Of a stretch of 34,667 nt of DNA, positions 18,279 through 27,864 are shown piece by piece (position 1 is the stretch's first letter; each line of letters opens with the position of its first letter). The translations under genes and the position numbers were made by a program. Location: positions 1 through 34,667 of the IMG/VR virus record IMGVR_UViG_3300036825_000147; one strand, written 5' to 3'. Below the pieces are notes generated by a model. It saw only the letters and a program-made list of their open reading frames with translations. It did no database searches and had not been told where the DNA came from. The DNA comes from a virus. Its lineage: Duplodnaviria > Caudoviricetes.

Positions 18279-19970
18279 ATGGCTCAAACATTTTTAGGGA
18301 ATTTAACTACGGTATGGATTAACACCGATACAACTAATGTTGATCCAAATGCCCGTACTTTTGTTCAAGTAGAAAACCTTTCGGGATTTCCAAGTTTTAG
18401 TGAATCAACAACTATTTCAACTGTAGAAACATATGATAGTACTTTCACCTCTAAAGTAGCGGGTGATAGTTCATATGGTGATATGACTATTGAAGTCAAC
18501 TATGTTCCTGGTGAAAACGCCGTACTTGATTCTGTTGTTGATTCTCAGCAATTAGTACAGGTCAAGGTAGAAATGCTTGATGAAGGTACTAACGATACGT
18601 CGGTAAACTATGTGATGTACAACGGCTATCTGTCCAAAGTATCTGACTCATCAGATATGGATACCGTTGTTACCCGCTCTTACGTATTCACACCAGAAAG
18701 CCAAGTATCAGCAGGTATTCTTGATGAATCATTAGTTGAACTCTATCGCGGTGATTGGGGTGTTGGTTCGAACGGTAACGAGTTTCCAAGCTATCAAGGC
18801 CGTGACGGTAACTCATTCGTTAAGATCGCAGCAGCTAACGCACCAACTGGTGTTGATATGTTGGGTATCACTAACCTTGATGGTTCTAACGGTACTCAAT
18901 TGGTAATGAGCAAAACCGGTACGCCAGTACTGAACTTTCGTAACTTCTCAACCGCAAGTAACGGGGCATGGTACAAGGTCTACACCAGTGCCGATAAACC
19001 AACGTTAACAGAACTTGGTGCGGCAGCCGCTACCGATCTCAGTAACTACGTACCAATCACACGTACTGTCAATGGTAAAGCACTTACAGCCAACATTACT
19101 TTGGTAGCAGCAGATATTAGTGATGTTTACTCTAAGACCTACATTGATTCAAACGTAGTACCGAAAGTGTTTCAATTAAACGGACACGCATTATCAGGAA
19201 CGGCGTTGAACTTAGTAGCGGCAGATATACTTGATGTGTATTCACAGACACAGGTTAATAATACCTTTGTAGCTAAAACGGTTACTGTTAACGGTTTGCC
19301 TTTGAGTAGCAATATCAAACTAACGGCAGCACAACTTACTGATATGGCATCATTAGCATATAGTAATAGTACTTATGTGCCTAAGACGTTCTTAATCAAT
19401 AACAAGCCATTATCCGGTACTAACATTCAATTGGTAGCAGCAGATATTAGTGATGTATATTCCCGTACTGAAAGCAACGGATTGTTCGCGTTACGTATCA
19501 CTACAATTAACGGTTATGCTTTAAACAGTAACGTAACCTTGAACTATAACGATGTTGGAACATATTCAAAAGCACAGATTGATGCCAAAGATGCCGCACT
19601 TCAAGCGAACATTGATACCAAAGTAACTATCACTCAAGATCTTCTAACAATAAATAACGTTGAAGATACATTAGAACTTGATATGTCTGATGGTAAACGT
19701 GTTTTCAAGGCAACTCTAACAGCACCAGTAACACAACTAAGTGTAATTAATGCCAGTGGAAGTAACTTAAACAGTCAAACTATTACGATGTTATTAACAC
19801 AAGGAACAGGGGCAAATAAAATTTCATGGCCTTCTAATGTTAAATGGTCTTATGGGCGTGAACCAGTATTAACCTTTACGAAAGATTCAATTGATGTAAT
19901 TCAATTCTTGTCAATAGATGGAGGAAGTACCTGGTACGGCTCCTTACTAATGGCGGATCTACAAGAATGA
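18279..19970 (+). CDS. Tail-tube-domain protein fused to fibre-like repeats
   Basis: The N-terminal ~140 aa align by eye to 22844-23317; five ~36-37-aa NG..L...I.L...D repeats; fibre-like C-terminus (WPSNVKW). Confidence 0.75.
   Translation: MAQTFLGNLTTVWINTDTTNVDPNARTFVQVENLSGFPSFSESTTISTVETYDSTFTSKVAGDSSYGDMTIEVNYVPGENAVLDSVVDSQQLVQVKVEMLDEGTNDTSVNYVMYNGYLSKVSDSSDMDTVVTRSYVFTPESQVSAGILDESLVELYRGDWGVGSNGNEFPSYQGRDGNSFVKIAAANAPTGVDMLGITNLDGSNGTQLVMSKTGTPVLNFRNFSTASNGAWYKVYTSADKPTLTELGAAAATDLSNYVPITRTVNGKALTANITLVAADISDVYSKTYIDSNVVPKVFQLNGHALSGTALNLVAADILDVYSQTQVNNTFVAKTVTVNGLPLSSNIKLTAAQLTDMASLAYSNSTYVPKTFLINNKPLSGTNIQLVAADISDVYSRTESNGLFALRITTINGYALNSNVTLNYNDVGTYSKAQIDAKDAALQANIDTKVTITQDLLTINNVEDTLELDMSDGKRVFKATLTAPVTQLSVINASGSNLNSQTITMLLTQGTGANKISWPSNVKWSYGREPVLTFTKDSIDVIQFLSIDGGSTWYGSLLMADLQE
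19101..19456 (+). repeat. 26-bp direct repeat within the fibre repeats
   Basis: TTGGTAGCAGCAGATATTAGTGATGT at 19101 and 19431. Confidence 0.85.
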
Positions 19971-22789
19971 TAAGAAAACAAAATATCAGCAATGCCCAAC
20001 AAATGATTGAAGGGCATTGGAAATTTTTAGAACGTAATACGGGTTTAGTTAATAATAATAAAACAGATCACTATGTACTAAATCCACAATACGTTATATG
20101 TAACAACAGGCACTTTATAGCGGAAACTGGATGGGAAGCACAACCGGACGGTGACGCAACCACAGAAGGACAATCCTTAGCAATTCTTGGTGCTATCTAT
20201 GCGTATCAGGCAACCAAAGAACCGTACTACCTACAACGTGCTAAAGACTTTTTCAACGCCTATCACATGGCGTTCTTCCGTGGTGTAGCGTTTCCCGATC
20301 CTCCTAACGGTTCATTGCGTTGTAACTGGATCTGTAATGGTAAGGCTCCAGTACTGGCACATTACCCATTAGATCCAGAGTATCCAACTCACGGCGGGTT
20401 CAAGGGCGTATTGTTCACATGGACGAACGGACAAACACAGATACCTCATGGTTCACCTCACTACGGTGAATACCTCGATGCTGTATGGTTTGCATTTCCC
20501 GAAAGAGCGGGGCTTGGTTGGAATCAGGTAAACGCAACAGCCTACGCATGGTTAGCTAATGAAGATTCCATAGATTGGGATACTAAAGCACCTACGTATG
20601 AAGTTGATTGGATTGTTGACCGCACAGGTCGCAAGGTCGATAGCAATGGGGATGTACTGGCAGAAGGGCTAACAAGCCAGATCGGTACAGTCCAGCTCAA
20701 GGATACTTCCATCAACGGTAGTTACCGCTTCAACTATGCAACACGTAACCCCGTAGAACACGGAGGTTATCTGATGGGGCGTAATGAACGTTGGCACAAC
20801 AGGCCAGTACATTGCCCGATTGACAACTATGGCTCACTTGATTTCAGTGACAACGCATCAGATGCTGAATTGTGGTTCTGTCAGGCGGCGAAACTACTAT
20901 GGGATATTACAGGCGAACGTATCTATTACTTAGCATGGCAGAATTCACTACTTACATGTATTGGATATTCCGATATTGATAAATTTGATATGTTCTTTCG
21001 TAAAAGTACTCTTGCTATAACGCCGTTTACTGATGGTATTTCATATGATTATTTCTATCCGAGTAATCAAGTAGCATCATATTCACGTGATTCAGATGGC
21101 TATATAGTTATTAATCAAAGTGCCTCAGCACAAACAACACTTGAACAACAATCTATATGGTTCAAATTTAATAATAGCTCAACGTTCCATGTTGAATATA
21201 GTGGTGTTGATACTACTGGTAAGCCGTTAAGCCTTGCTGTAGCAATTACAGTGAATAAAACTAAAACAGAAGATGGTGCTATTAGATACCGTTGCGGTTT
21301 ACCCATTACTAATACTGACAATAGTATTATATCTATGGATATACCGATGAATCACTTTACCCGTATTGCTAAACCTGATGGTGGACAGTACTTAACAGCG
21401 GATATGCGTATGGTATCCGATTATGGGGATAATACAGTAACTACCTTACAATATGTTTCTGGTATCGCTGGAACGTACTATGACAATGTGATTTCTACTA
21501 CTATGGATTCTGACGGTAGTTCTACAGTTGGTTTCTGGATCTTTGATGATGAAACACAGGATTTAAACACTTTCACATATAGAACATATGCTGATGATTT
21601 TAATATCCGTATTATTGATGATCTTGGTTGGCGTTGGTGGGCTATGCTTCCAGCAAGTAACGGGGCATGGGTAACACAAACGTTTAATGTACTGGATTTT
21701 AAATTGAGTTCTTATCAACCGGATCATGGGGAAGGGGATGAACAGCCAGGACAACCAACACTAACAGGACGTACAGAGTTTACACTATTACTTGATACCG
21801 ATCCGGTTGATGGTGTCTCAGGTCGTATCGACTGGTATTGTGTTAACGATTTGCCAGCACTTTATAACGATGGTGGTACAGGTGATTATTCAGTATTAGT
21901 AAGTTTAACATTCAATGATAGTACTGGTAATGGATATACAGCACGTTTAGGTGATTGTGTAATTCGTAATTACATGCTTGATAGCCTTTCATATACACCA
22001 GGACTAATACCATTCAGCAACATCACAGATCCATATGCACAATTGTACTCAGGATGGCGTGGATTGCCCTATTCTGGGTATCAACTCCCAGCGATTTGGT
22101 GCTTTAAAGGTACTCAAATTGATGAAACAAGACTAAATAATAGTATTAGGTTCCTATGCGACTCGCAGGATTGGTTTACTAATAAATTCCATCCTACTTT
22201 ACCTGGTCCGTGTGCTCAGGCTTATGTATGGAACCGTCAGGACGCCTTAGCTTATGCCCCTGATGGTAAACCGGATCAGTTCATTATGCAGCACTGGTAT
22301 GAAGAAGCATGGTCAGGTTATGAGCCTCGTGCGTTCTTTGCAGGTTGTGATGTAGTACATGAACTATATCAACGTGGTGATTATGCTATCCCACAGAACA
22401 TTATTACGTACAGTAAGAACTGGATGAATTACTTAAAGTGGTTCATGAAAAATAATGATGGTCACGCACCTACACGATTTAAAGACACAGGAGAAGTTAT
22501 CTATGATGGCTTTACAGGTCATATGTCTGATTTGTGGCTTGCTGGTGCTTCAATGATGGCAATAGCAGGTTATCCAGATCACGAATTACTTGATTTACTA
22601 TTCGCGGAAATTCAACAGAACTATAACGTAGTTTCAGCTAATCACGTTATGAATGGTGGCTGGTCATCAGCTATCAGAAGTGGAACACCTACAACACCTC
22701 AGAATAACTCAATGTTCTTTGGTTTCTATACAGGTGAACTACTAAGAGGTTTAGCACTTTACATGAAGTACTACAACCAACATATATAA
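19967..22789 (+). CDS. Large tail-associated protein with glycoside hydrolase family 8-like motifs
   Basis: TTEGQSLAIL and DNASDAELW resemble the GH8 SEGQ.Y and N.A.D.D motifs; embedded in the tail operon. Confidence 0.55.
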   Translation: MIRKQNISNAQQMIEGHWKFLERNTGLVNNNKTDHYVLNPQYVICNNRHFIAETGWEAQPDGDATTEGQSLAILGAIYAYQATKEPYYLQRAKDFFNAYHMAFFRGVAFPDPPNGSLRCNWICNGKAPVLAHYPLDPEYPTHGGFKGVLFTWTNGQTQIPHGSPHYGEYLDAVWFAFPERAGLGWNQVNATAYAWLANEDSIDWDTKAPTYEVDWIVDRTGRKVDSNGDVLAEGLTSQIGTVQLKDTSINGSYRFNYATRNPVEHGGYLMGRNERWHNRPVHCPIDNYGSLDFSDNASDAELWFCQAAKLLWDITGERIYYLAWQNSLLTCIGYSDIDKFDMFFRKSTLAITPFTDGISYDYFYPSNQVASYSRDSDGYIVINQSASAQTTLEQQSIWFKFNNSSTFHVEYSGVDTTGKPLSLAVAITVNKTKTEDGAIRYRCGLPITNTDNSIISMDIPMNHFTRIAKPDGGQYLTADMRMVSDYGDNTVTTLQYVSGIAGTYYDNVISTTMDSDGSSTVGFWIFDDETQDLNTFTYRTYADDFNIRIIDDLGWRWWAMLPASNGAWVTQTFNVLDFKLSSYQPDHGEGDEQPGQPTLTGRTEFTLLLDTDPVDGVSGRIDWYCVNDLPALYNDGGTGDYSVLVSLTFNDSTGNGYTARLGDCVIRNYMLDSLSYTPGLIPFSNITDPYAQLYSGWRGLPYSGYQLPAIWCFKGTQIDETRLNNSIRFLCDSQDWFTNKFHPTLPGPCAQAYVWNRQDALAYAPDGKPDQFIMQHWYEEAWSGYEPRAFFAGCDVVHELYQRGDYAIPQNIITYSKNWMNYLKWFMKNNDGHAPTRFKDTGEVIYDGFTGHMSDLWLAGASMMAIAGYPDHELLDLLFAEIQQNYNVVSANHVMNGGWSSAIRSGTPTTPQNNSMFFGFYTGELLRGLALYMKYYNQHI

Positions 22790-22792
22790 ATA
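22785..22792 (+). promoter_or_regulatory. TATAAATA late-promoter consensus
   Basis: 51 nt upstream of the major tail gene, followed by a GGA-loop hairpin. Confidence 0.6.
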
Positions 22793-22843
22793 AACAGAAG
22801 CGGTATCAAGGACTGATACCCAAAATATAAAGGAATATTAAGT

Positions 22844-23317
22844 ATGGCTTTTAATTCTATTTTTGTAGGCAATAATGTCAAAGTGGAAATCGCAACTGCT
22901 CCTACTGGTGGCGGTCAGGCAACTACCTTTACTGTTGTTGAAGAAGTTGGTGCTTTTCCATCAGCGGCAGGTGCGGAATCTAACGTTGTTAGTGTAAACA
23001 CTTTTGGTCAACAGTACGCTAAGAAATTGCTTGGTTCTCGTTCAGTACCGGATCTAACTCTAACTGTTAACTGGAAACCAGGTGCGACAGGTCAAGAAAT
23101 GCTTGCGGCAGCCGCAGCAGCACAAACCCTAATCCAGGTTAAAGTAACTTATTATCAAAATATTGATGATCAAGATGGTGCGGCTTATTACAGCATCGTA
23201 AACGGTTATGTAAGTTCTGATGTAGTTAACGGTGATTTTGATGGTGTAGTAACTCGTGATTTCGTTGTTTCCGTTACTGGTGCTCCAATTGCGGTTGGTG
23301 AAGTTACTGGTGCGTAA
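22844..23317 (+). CDS. Major tail tube protein
   Basis: 157 aa; directly precedes the chaperones and tape measure; G.....DLTLTVNW.P pattern. Confidence 0.8.
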   Translation: MAFNSIFVGNNVKVEIATAPTGGGQATTFTVVEEVGAFPSAAGAESNVVSVNTFGQQYAKKLLGSRSVPDLTLTVNWKPGATGQEMLAAAAAAQTLIQVKVTYYQNIDDQDGAAYYSIVNGYVSSDVVNGDFDGVVTRDFVVSVTGAPIAVGEVTGA

Positions 23318-23357
23318 GTACTAAATACTACAAACCAAATAACAAGGATAAAGCGAA

Positions 23358-23648
23358 ATGGATTTTAATCAACTAATGAATGCAATTGGCGTAAAATTAT
23401 CACCACTTGAAATTAAATCAGGTGTGACTGTCTATATCAAGCTACCATCTATTACTAAGTATTCAGAATGTTCAGACCCGTACAAAACTATTTTTTATTG
23501 TGTAGTTGATGAAGACGGTAAACAGCTTTTTGAATCACCAGAGCAGGTAGAAAACAATGTTGATATGCCAGTGCAGGTAAAACTAAATCAAGAAATTGGC
23601 CGTTTGTTTACCGAAGCTATGGATATTGAAAGTGTAGAATCAAAGTAA
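23358..23648 (+). CDS. Tail assembly chaperone (gpG-like)
   Basis: Synteny; CVVDEDGKQLF motif. Confidence 0.75.
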   Translation: MDFNQLMNAIGVKLSPLEIKSGVTVYIKLPSITKYSECSDPYKTIFYCVVDEDGKQLFESPEQVENNVDMPVQVKLNQEIGRLFTEAMDIESVESK

Positions 23649-24013
23649 GAAGCGATCCGTTTCTAAAACTATCTCTTAAATTAATCATTCAAAAGGGGTG
23701 TAGTGTAGACGAACTCTACACTATGCCCCTTTCTCTTTTTATACATCTATTTGTTTATGAGGAATTAGTAAACCCTTCTTCAGCAAAGGTACAACAGATA
23801 CGACATACCGAAATACTACAAGCCATATGGTTAAGTACTGGTAATATTAAAAAAGAAGATATAGGTAAATTCAGTATTCATGAACTCGATTCACTAAACT
23901 TAATTTCAAGTAAGACAGTGAAAGAACAACACGAAGAACGAGAGAAACGGATCGCAGAACAACAGAAAAATAACATGCTCAAATGGATGGGGGTGAAAGT
24001 AGATGGCAAATAA
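23642..24013 (+). CDS. Tail assembly chaperone gpT-like segment, probably expressed by -1 frameshift
   Basis: The -1 frame is open from 23630, overlaps the gpG stop and encodes KVRSDPFLK...GCSVDELYTMP. Confidence 0.7.
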   Translation, partial: KVRSDPFLKLSLKLIIQKGCSVDELYTMPLSLFIHLFVYEELVNPSSAKVQQIRHTEILQAIWLSTGNIKKEDIGKFSIHELDSLNLISSKTVKEQHEEREKRIAEQQKNNMLKWMGVKVDGK

Positions 24014-26213
24014 TACACAGCAAATGATATTTGAAATCACGGGTAACGAAACAGGTTTACAAAGATCATTGAAAAATGCAGGTAATGGATTAACAGCATT
24101 TGGTAATCAGGCTGGAGGTATCTTTGGAAACTTAACAAATAGTCTTAGTTCTTTTTCTGGTCAGGTTACAGGAGTAGGTTCAGGGCTTGTAGGTTTAGCG
24201 GGTAGTGTTGGTATTGTCGCTGGCGTCATTGGTGGCTTAGTACTAACCAGTAATGACTATGTTAAAACACTAATTGAAATATCAAGGGCATCAGGGATTA
24301 CCGTAGAACAATTACAAAAACAACAGGCAATGTTTCAGGGGCTTGGTTTAGATGTTGAAAAACTTGGTGATATTAACCGTGATGTACTTGATCATCTTGG
24401 GGATGCCTGGCGTGATGGCTCCGGCTCAGCCGCAGATATGAAGAAACTTGGCCTTAATTTAAAGGATTATGAAAAATATCTTAATGATGCAGAGGGTGGT
24501 ACTAAAGCATTAGCAAAAGCGTTCTATGATATGAAAGCAGCAGGGCAGAGTACCGCAACTATTACTAACATGCTTGAAACCCTCGGTAGTGATGGTAGTA
24601 AATTAGTGGATGTTTTGAAACGATACAGTACTGAACAAGATTTTCTAAATGCCCTACAGAGTCAGCACGTAACTCTTACTAATGAAAATGCGAAAGCGTA
24701 TCAAGAATTCAATACTAAAATTGAAACTCTTACTACTAATTTCCAGCTTTGGAAAGCAAATGCATTAACACCAACTATTGACGAAATTAATACATTATTT
24801 GATTGGTTTAATGCTGATTGGGATAGAACAAAATTAATGCAACTTCTTAAAGATGGTTGGGATGGTTTCTGGTTTGGTGGCGATGGGGCTATAGCGGATG
24901 GAATGCGTAAACTATTTGATAAGAAAGCCGTAGATTTTAATAGCCAAGCAAAACGGAATTTACAAGGGCTGGTAGGGCAGTTTGCCAGTGATATAGACAA
25001 TATTACAAAAACTGCACCGCCAAAAGAAACATCAACAAGTGGTGGCTGGAAAGACAAGGAAGCAGAGCAAAAGGCGGCAGCGGCAGCGGCGAAAGCAGCA
25101 GCTACTAAGGCAGAATCAGAGCGTAAGCAGCATGAAGCCAAACGTATACAGGCTCAGAAGGTACTTGAACAGACGTTAAGCGGTATCGCAGGTTCTGGAG
25201 CAATTGTGCAGGTACAGCAGTTCAACGAACAGCAGGACGCAATTGAAAAACGTATTCGTGATAGTTCTGCCACATTGGGTAAAACCGAAGCAGAAACTAC
25301 GGCAATGTTGAAACAACAGTACGAATCACGTAAACGTTTGTTCAAAGAAATGACTGATTCAATGCTTGAAGAATCCGATCCTAAGAAACTTGCACAAAAC
25401 ATTGCGGCTATTGGTGGTCAGGGTATCAACGGTAAGCAGTTATCAGATATTCAGAATGCACAGAACCAACGGTTAGGTATCGACAATACAAACCCCTTCC
25501 AGATGTCAGCCGATAAAAGTACTTTGGATAAGATTCAGTCTGATGGACAGGCCGAACTTGCACTCAACCAGCAGCTATACGAACAAAAGCTAATGTCCTA
25601 TCAGGACTATCAAAACCGTATGGCCGCAATTAGCCAAGCAACAACAACCAAGATTGAACAGGCGAACGTAGACGCAGCGAACAAGACACTATCTATGTAT
25701 GCAGCAGGTGCATCAAATCTTGGAACTACCTTATCAGGAGTGTTCGGTGAGTCATCAGCAGCAGCACAAGCAAGTTTTGCTATTTCTAAAGGTATTGCAA
25801 TTGCACAAAGTATTATCAATATTCAGCAGGGTATCTCCGAAGCTATCAAACTCGGTTGGCCTATGGGTATCGCAGCAGGACTAAAGGTGGCAGCTCAAGG
25901 TGCTTCCATTGTCAGTACTATCAAAGGTACTAAAATTCAAGGTCAAGCCCATGATGGTTGGGATTCACTACCAAGTACTGGTACATACAATCTTGAAAAA
26001 GGGGAGCGTGTAGTAGGTAAATCACTAAATCAGGATTTAACAAAATACTTGAGTAATCAGGATGGTAGTAAATCAGGTGATATTAAGATTGATGCACCGT
26101 TAATTATTAATAGTAATGGTCAAATTTCTGATTCAGATTTCCAAAAGATGTGTGATAAACACGCTGATACTATCGTTCAGGCAACACGTAAATCTCAGAA
26201 GAATAACGTATAA
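24003..26213 (+). CDS. Tape measure protein
   Basis: 736 aa, helical and Ala/Gln/Gly-rich; C-terminal GQAHDG...LEKGERVV; synteny. Confidence 0.88.
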   Translation: MANNTQQMIFEITGNETGLQRSLKNAGNGLTAFGNQAGGIFGNLTNSLSSFSGQVTGVGSGLVGLAGSVGIVAGVIGGLVLTSNDYVKTLIEISRASGITVEQLQKQQAMFQGLGLDVEKLGDINRDVLDHLGDAWRDGSGSAADMKKLGLNLKDYEKYLNDAEGGTKALAKAFYDMKAAGQSTATITNMLETLGSDGSKLVDVLKRYSTEQDFLNALQSQHVTLTNENAKAYQEFNTKIETLTTNFQLWKANALTPTIDEINTLFDWFNADWDRTKLMQLLKDGWDGFWFGGDGAIADGMRKLFDKKAVDFNSQAKRNLQGLVGQFASDIDNITKTAPPKETSTSGGWKDKEAEQKAAAAAAKAAATKAESERKQHEAKRIQAQKVLEQTLSGIAGSGAIVQVQQFNEQQDAIEKRIRDSSATLGKTEAETTAMLKQQYESRKRLFKEMTDSMLEESDPKKLAQNIAAIGGQGINGKQLSDIQNAQNQRLGIDNTNPFQMSADKSTLDKIQSDGQAELALNQQLYEQKLMSYQDYQNRMAAISQATTTKIEQANVDAANKTLSMYAAGASNLGTTLSGVFGESSAAAQASFAISKGIAIAQSIINIQQGISEAIKLGWPMGIAAGLKVAAQGASIVSTIKGTKIQGQAHDGWDSLPSTGTYNLEKGERVVGKSLNQDLTKYLSNQDGSKSGDIKIDAPLIINSNGQISDSDFQKMCDKHADTIVQATRKSQKNNV

Positions 26214-26216
26214 ATA
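26209..26216 (+). promoter_or_regulatory. TATAAATA late-promoter consensus
   Basis: 48 nt upstream of 26265, followed by a GGA-loop hairpin. Confidence 0.6.
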
Positions 26217-26264
26217 TCTTATAGCCCACATGGATTGTGGGCTAACTATTAAAGGAATAATAAT

Positions 26265-26819
26265 ATGTTAAATAACACACTTATTAGTGATTTCATGTTG
26301 ACGGATAATATACCGCAATACCAAAACCAAACATGGACAGGTGAAACTATTACACGTGTTGTTGGTTCGCAGTACTTTACCCTTAGTTTCAAAGTTACCT
26401 TGAACAAGATGAACCGTGTTGAACTCGCTAACTTCTACGCTTTATATGGTCAGGGTAAACCGTTTTCTATGCCTCTTGGATGGTGGAGTACATATACTGG
26501 TACTCAAATCTCACAGGTACAAACAACCGCAACAAGGGCAGCAGGGGCAACTTCAATTTCCGTAAATGCTAATACACTTGAGGTTGGTACGTTAGTGCAA
26601 TTCAACGGACACAAGAAACTATACCGAATCATAGCCAACACTGGCAACGTGATTACTATCTTCCCTGGATTAATAAAAAACATCCAAGTTGGGGAGGTAA
26701 TGAAATATGACAATATTCAAGGTTCATTTATTCTTACACCACAGAACGCAGCATATCAGATGCCAAGTACAAACATTATGGAAGTAACAATAAATGCAAC
26801 TGAAAACATCAGAGGTTAA
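26265..26819 (+). CDS. Distal tail protein-like
   Basis: Synteny after the tape measure gene. Confidence 0.6.
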   Translation: MLNNTLISDFMLTDNIPQYQNQTWTGETITRVVGSQYFTLSFKVTLNKMNRVELANFYALYGQGKPFSMPLGWWSTYTGTQISQVQTTATRAAGATSISVNANTLEVGTLVQFNGHKKLYRIIANTGNVITIFPGLIKNIQVGEVMKYDNIQGSFILTPQNAAYQMPSTNIMEVTINATENIRG

Positions 26820-26822
26820 TTT

Positions 26823-27467
26823 ATGTCAATTCCAAGTATTGTACTAACTAATGCGGATCTTGTCGCGTACTGGAATCTTACACGAGGCGATAACAAAACC
26901 GTACTAACAGAAAAAGAACTATATCAATGTGGTGTTATGGTAAAACTAATAGATGTACTTCCACCTACTGGAAGTAACATATATCTAACTGATGCCATTG
27001 CCGATCAAAACTTTAATGGAATTAACTATAAGTCTGTACCTGATTTCCTTGATTCATCATTTGCAAACTATGTTGAAAAAACACAAATCAACAATAACGG
27101 TACTTCTTTGAAAGTAAGTAATGTAAGCCAGGATTATCTATCTATGGCGTTACGTGGATTGTGGAATGATGCCAAAGTTAATATCTGGATGGGTATAGTT
27201 AATCCAGCTACAGGGGGCATTCTATATGCCTATCGTATGTTTAGTGGTTACATTGATTACTTTAGTTCAGACTTTAACAACACAGCAGGTAATATAACAA
27301 ATGAAACAACGGTAAATCTAAATTCATTGTGGAAGAAGTTAGACCAAACACAACGCTTGTTATCAAGTACATCAGTACACCAATCATTACACACTGGTGA
27401 TAAGTTCTTTGACCTAATCGGAATACTAAATAGTTCAGAGCAATTCTGGAAGAGTAGTAAGAAATAA
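26823..27467 (+). CDS. Minor tail / baseplate hub protein (gpL-like position)
   Basis: Synteny; YLTD, FSGYID and GDKFF motifs. Confidence 0.6.
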   Translation: MSIPSIVLTNADLVAYWNLTRGDNKTVLTEKELYQCGVMVKLIDVLPPTGSNIYLTDAIADQNFNGINYKSVPDFLDSSFANYVEKTQINNNGTSLKVSNVSQDYLSMALRGLWNDAKVNIWMGIVNPATGGILYAYRMFSGYIDYFSSDFNNTAGNITNETTVNLNSLWKKLDQTQRLLSSTSVHQSLHTGDKFFDLIGILNSSEQFWKSSKK

Positions 27468-27862
27468 TGAAAAACGGATTTATAACAGAGTACCTAAGTG
27501 GTTTAGTTGGTAAACCTTTAGTGTACGGTACTAATGATTGTCATATCATGGTACTCACAGTCATTGATATGATCACAGGTAGTAATTACCGTGATGAAAT
27601 CTATCAGAAATACACAACACCAACAGCAGGTAGAAAATACGCAAAAGCTAACTGTAGTTATTCTACTCTACATCTATTGTGTAAAGAAAAAGGCCAATTA
27701 GTCAGTGAACCACTTGATGGGGATATCATCATTTCATCAGGTCACAGTACAGTTTATTGGCGTGGGAAAGTAGTAATTTTATCAGAAGATAAATCTAACT
27801 ATATCGTTTCTCAATATATCCCAAATGAAAAAGACAAAATATACAGATTTAAAGGGGAATAA
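27467..27862 (+). CDS. NlpC/P60-like tail assembly protein (gpK-like position)
   Basis: YGTNDC...GD.....GH. Confidence 0.65.
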   Translation: MKNGFITEYLSGLVGKPLVYGTNDCHIMVLTVIDMITGSNYRDEIYQKYTTPTAGRKYAKANCSYSTLHLLCKEKGQLVSEPLDGDIIISSGHSTVYWRGKVVILSEDKSNYIVSQYIPNEKDKIYRFKGE

Positions 27863-27864
27863 CT

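Noticed and set aside
19048-19590. Possible diversity-generating or invertible tail-fibre system
   Set aside because: Repeats are in-frame direct protein repeats; no reverse transcriptase, invertase or inverted cassette seen
25070-25112. GCGGCA repeats in the tape measure gene
   Set aside because: Simply encode a poly-Ala helical stretch
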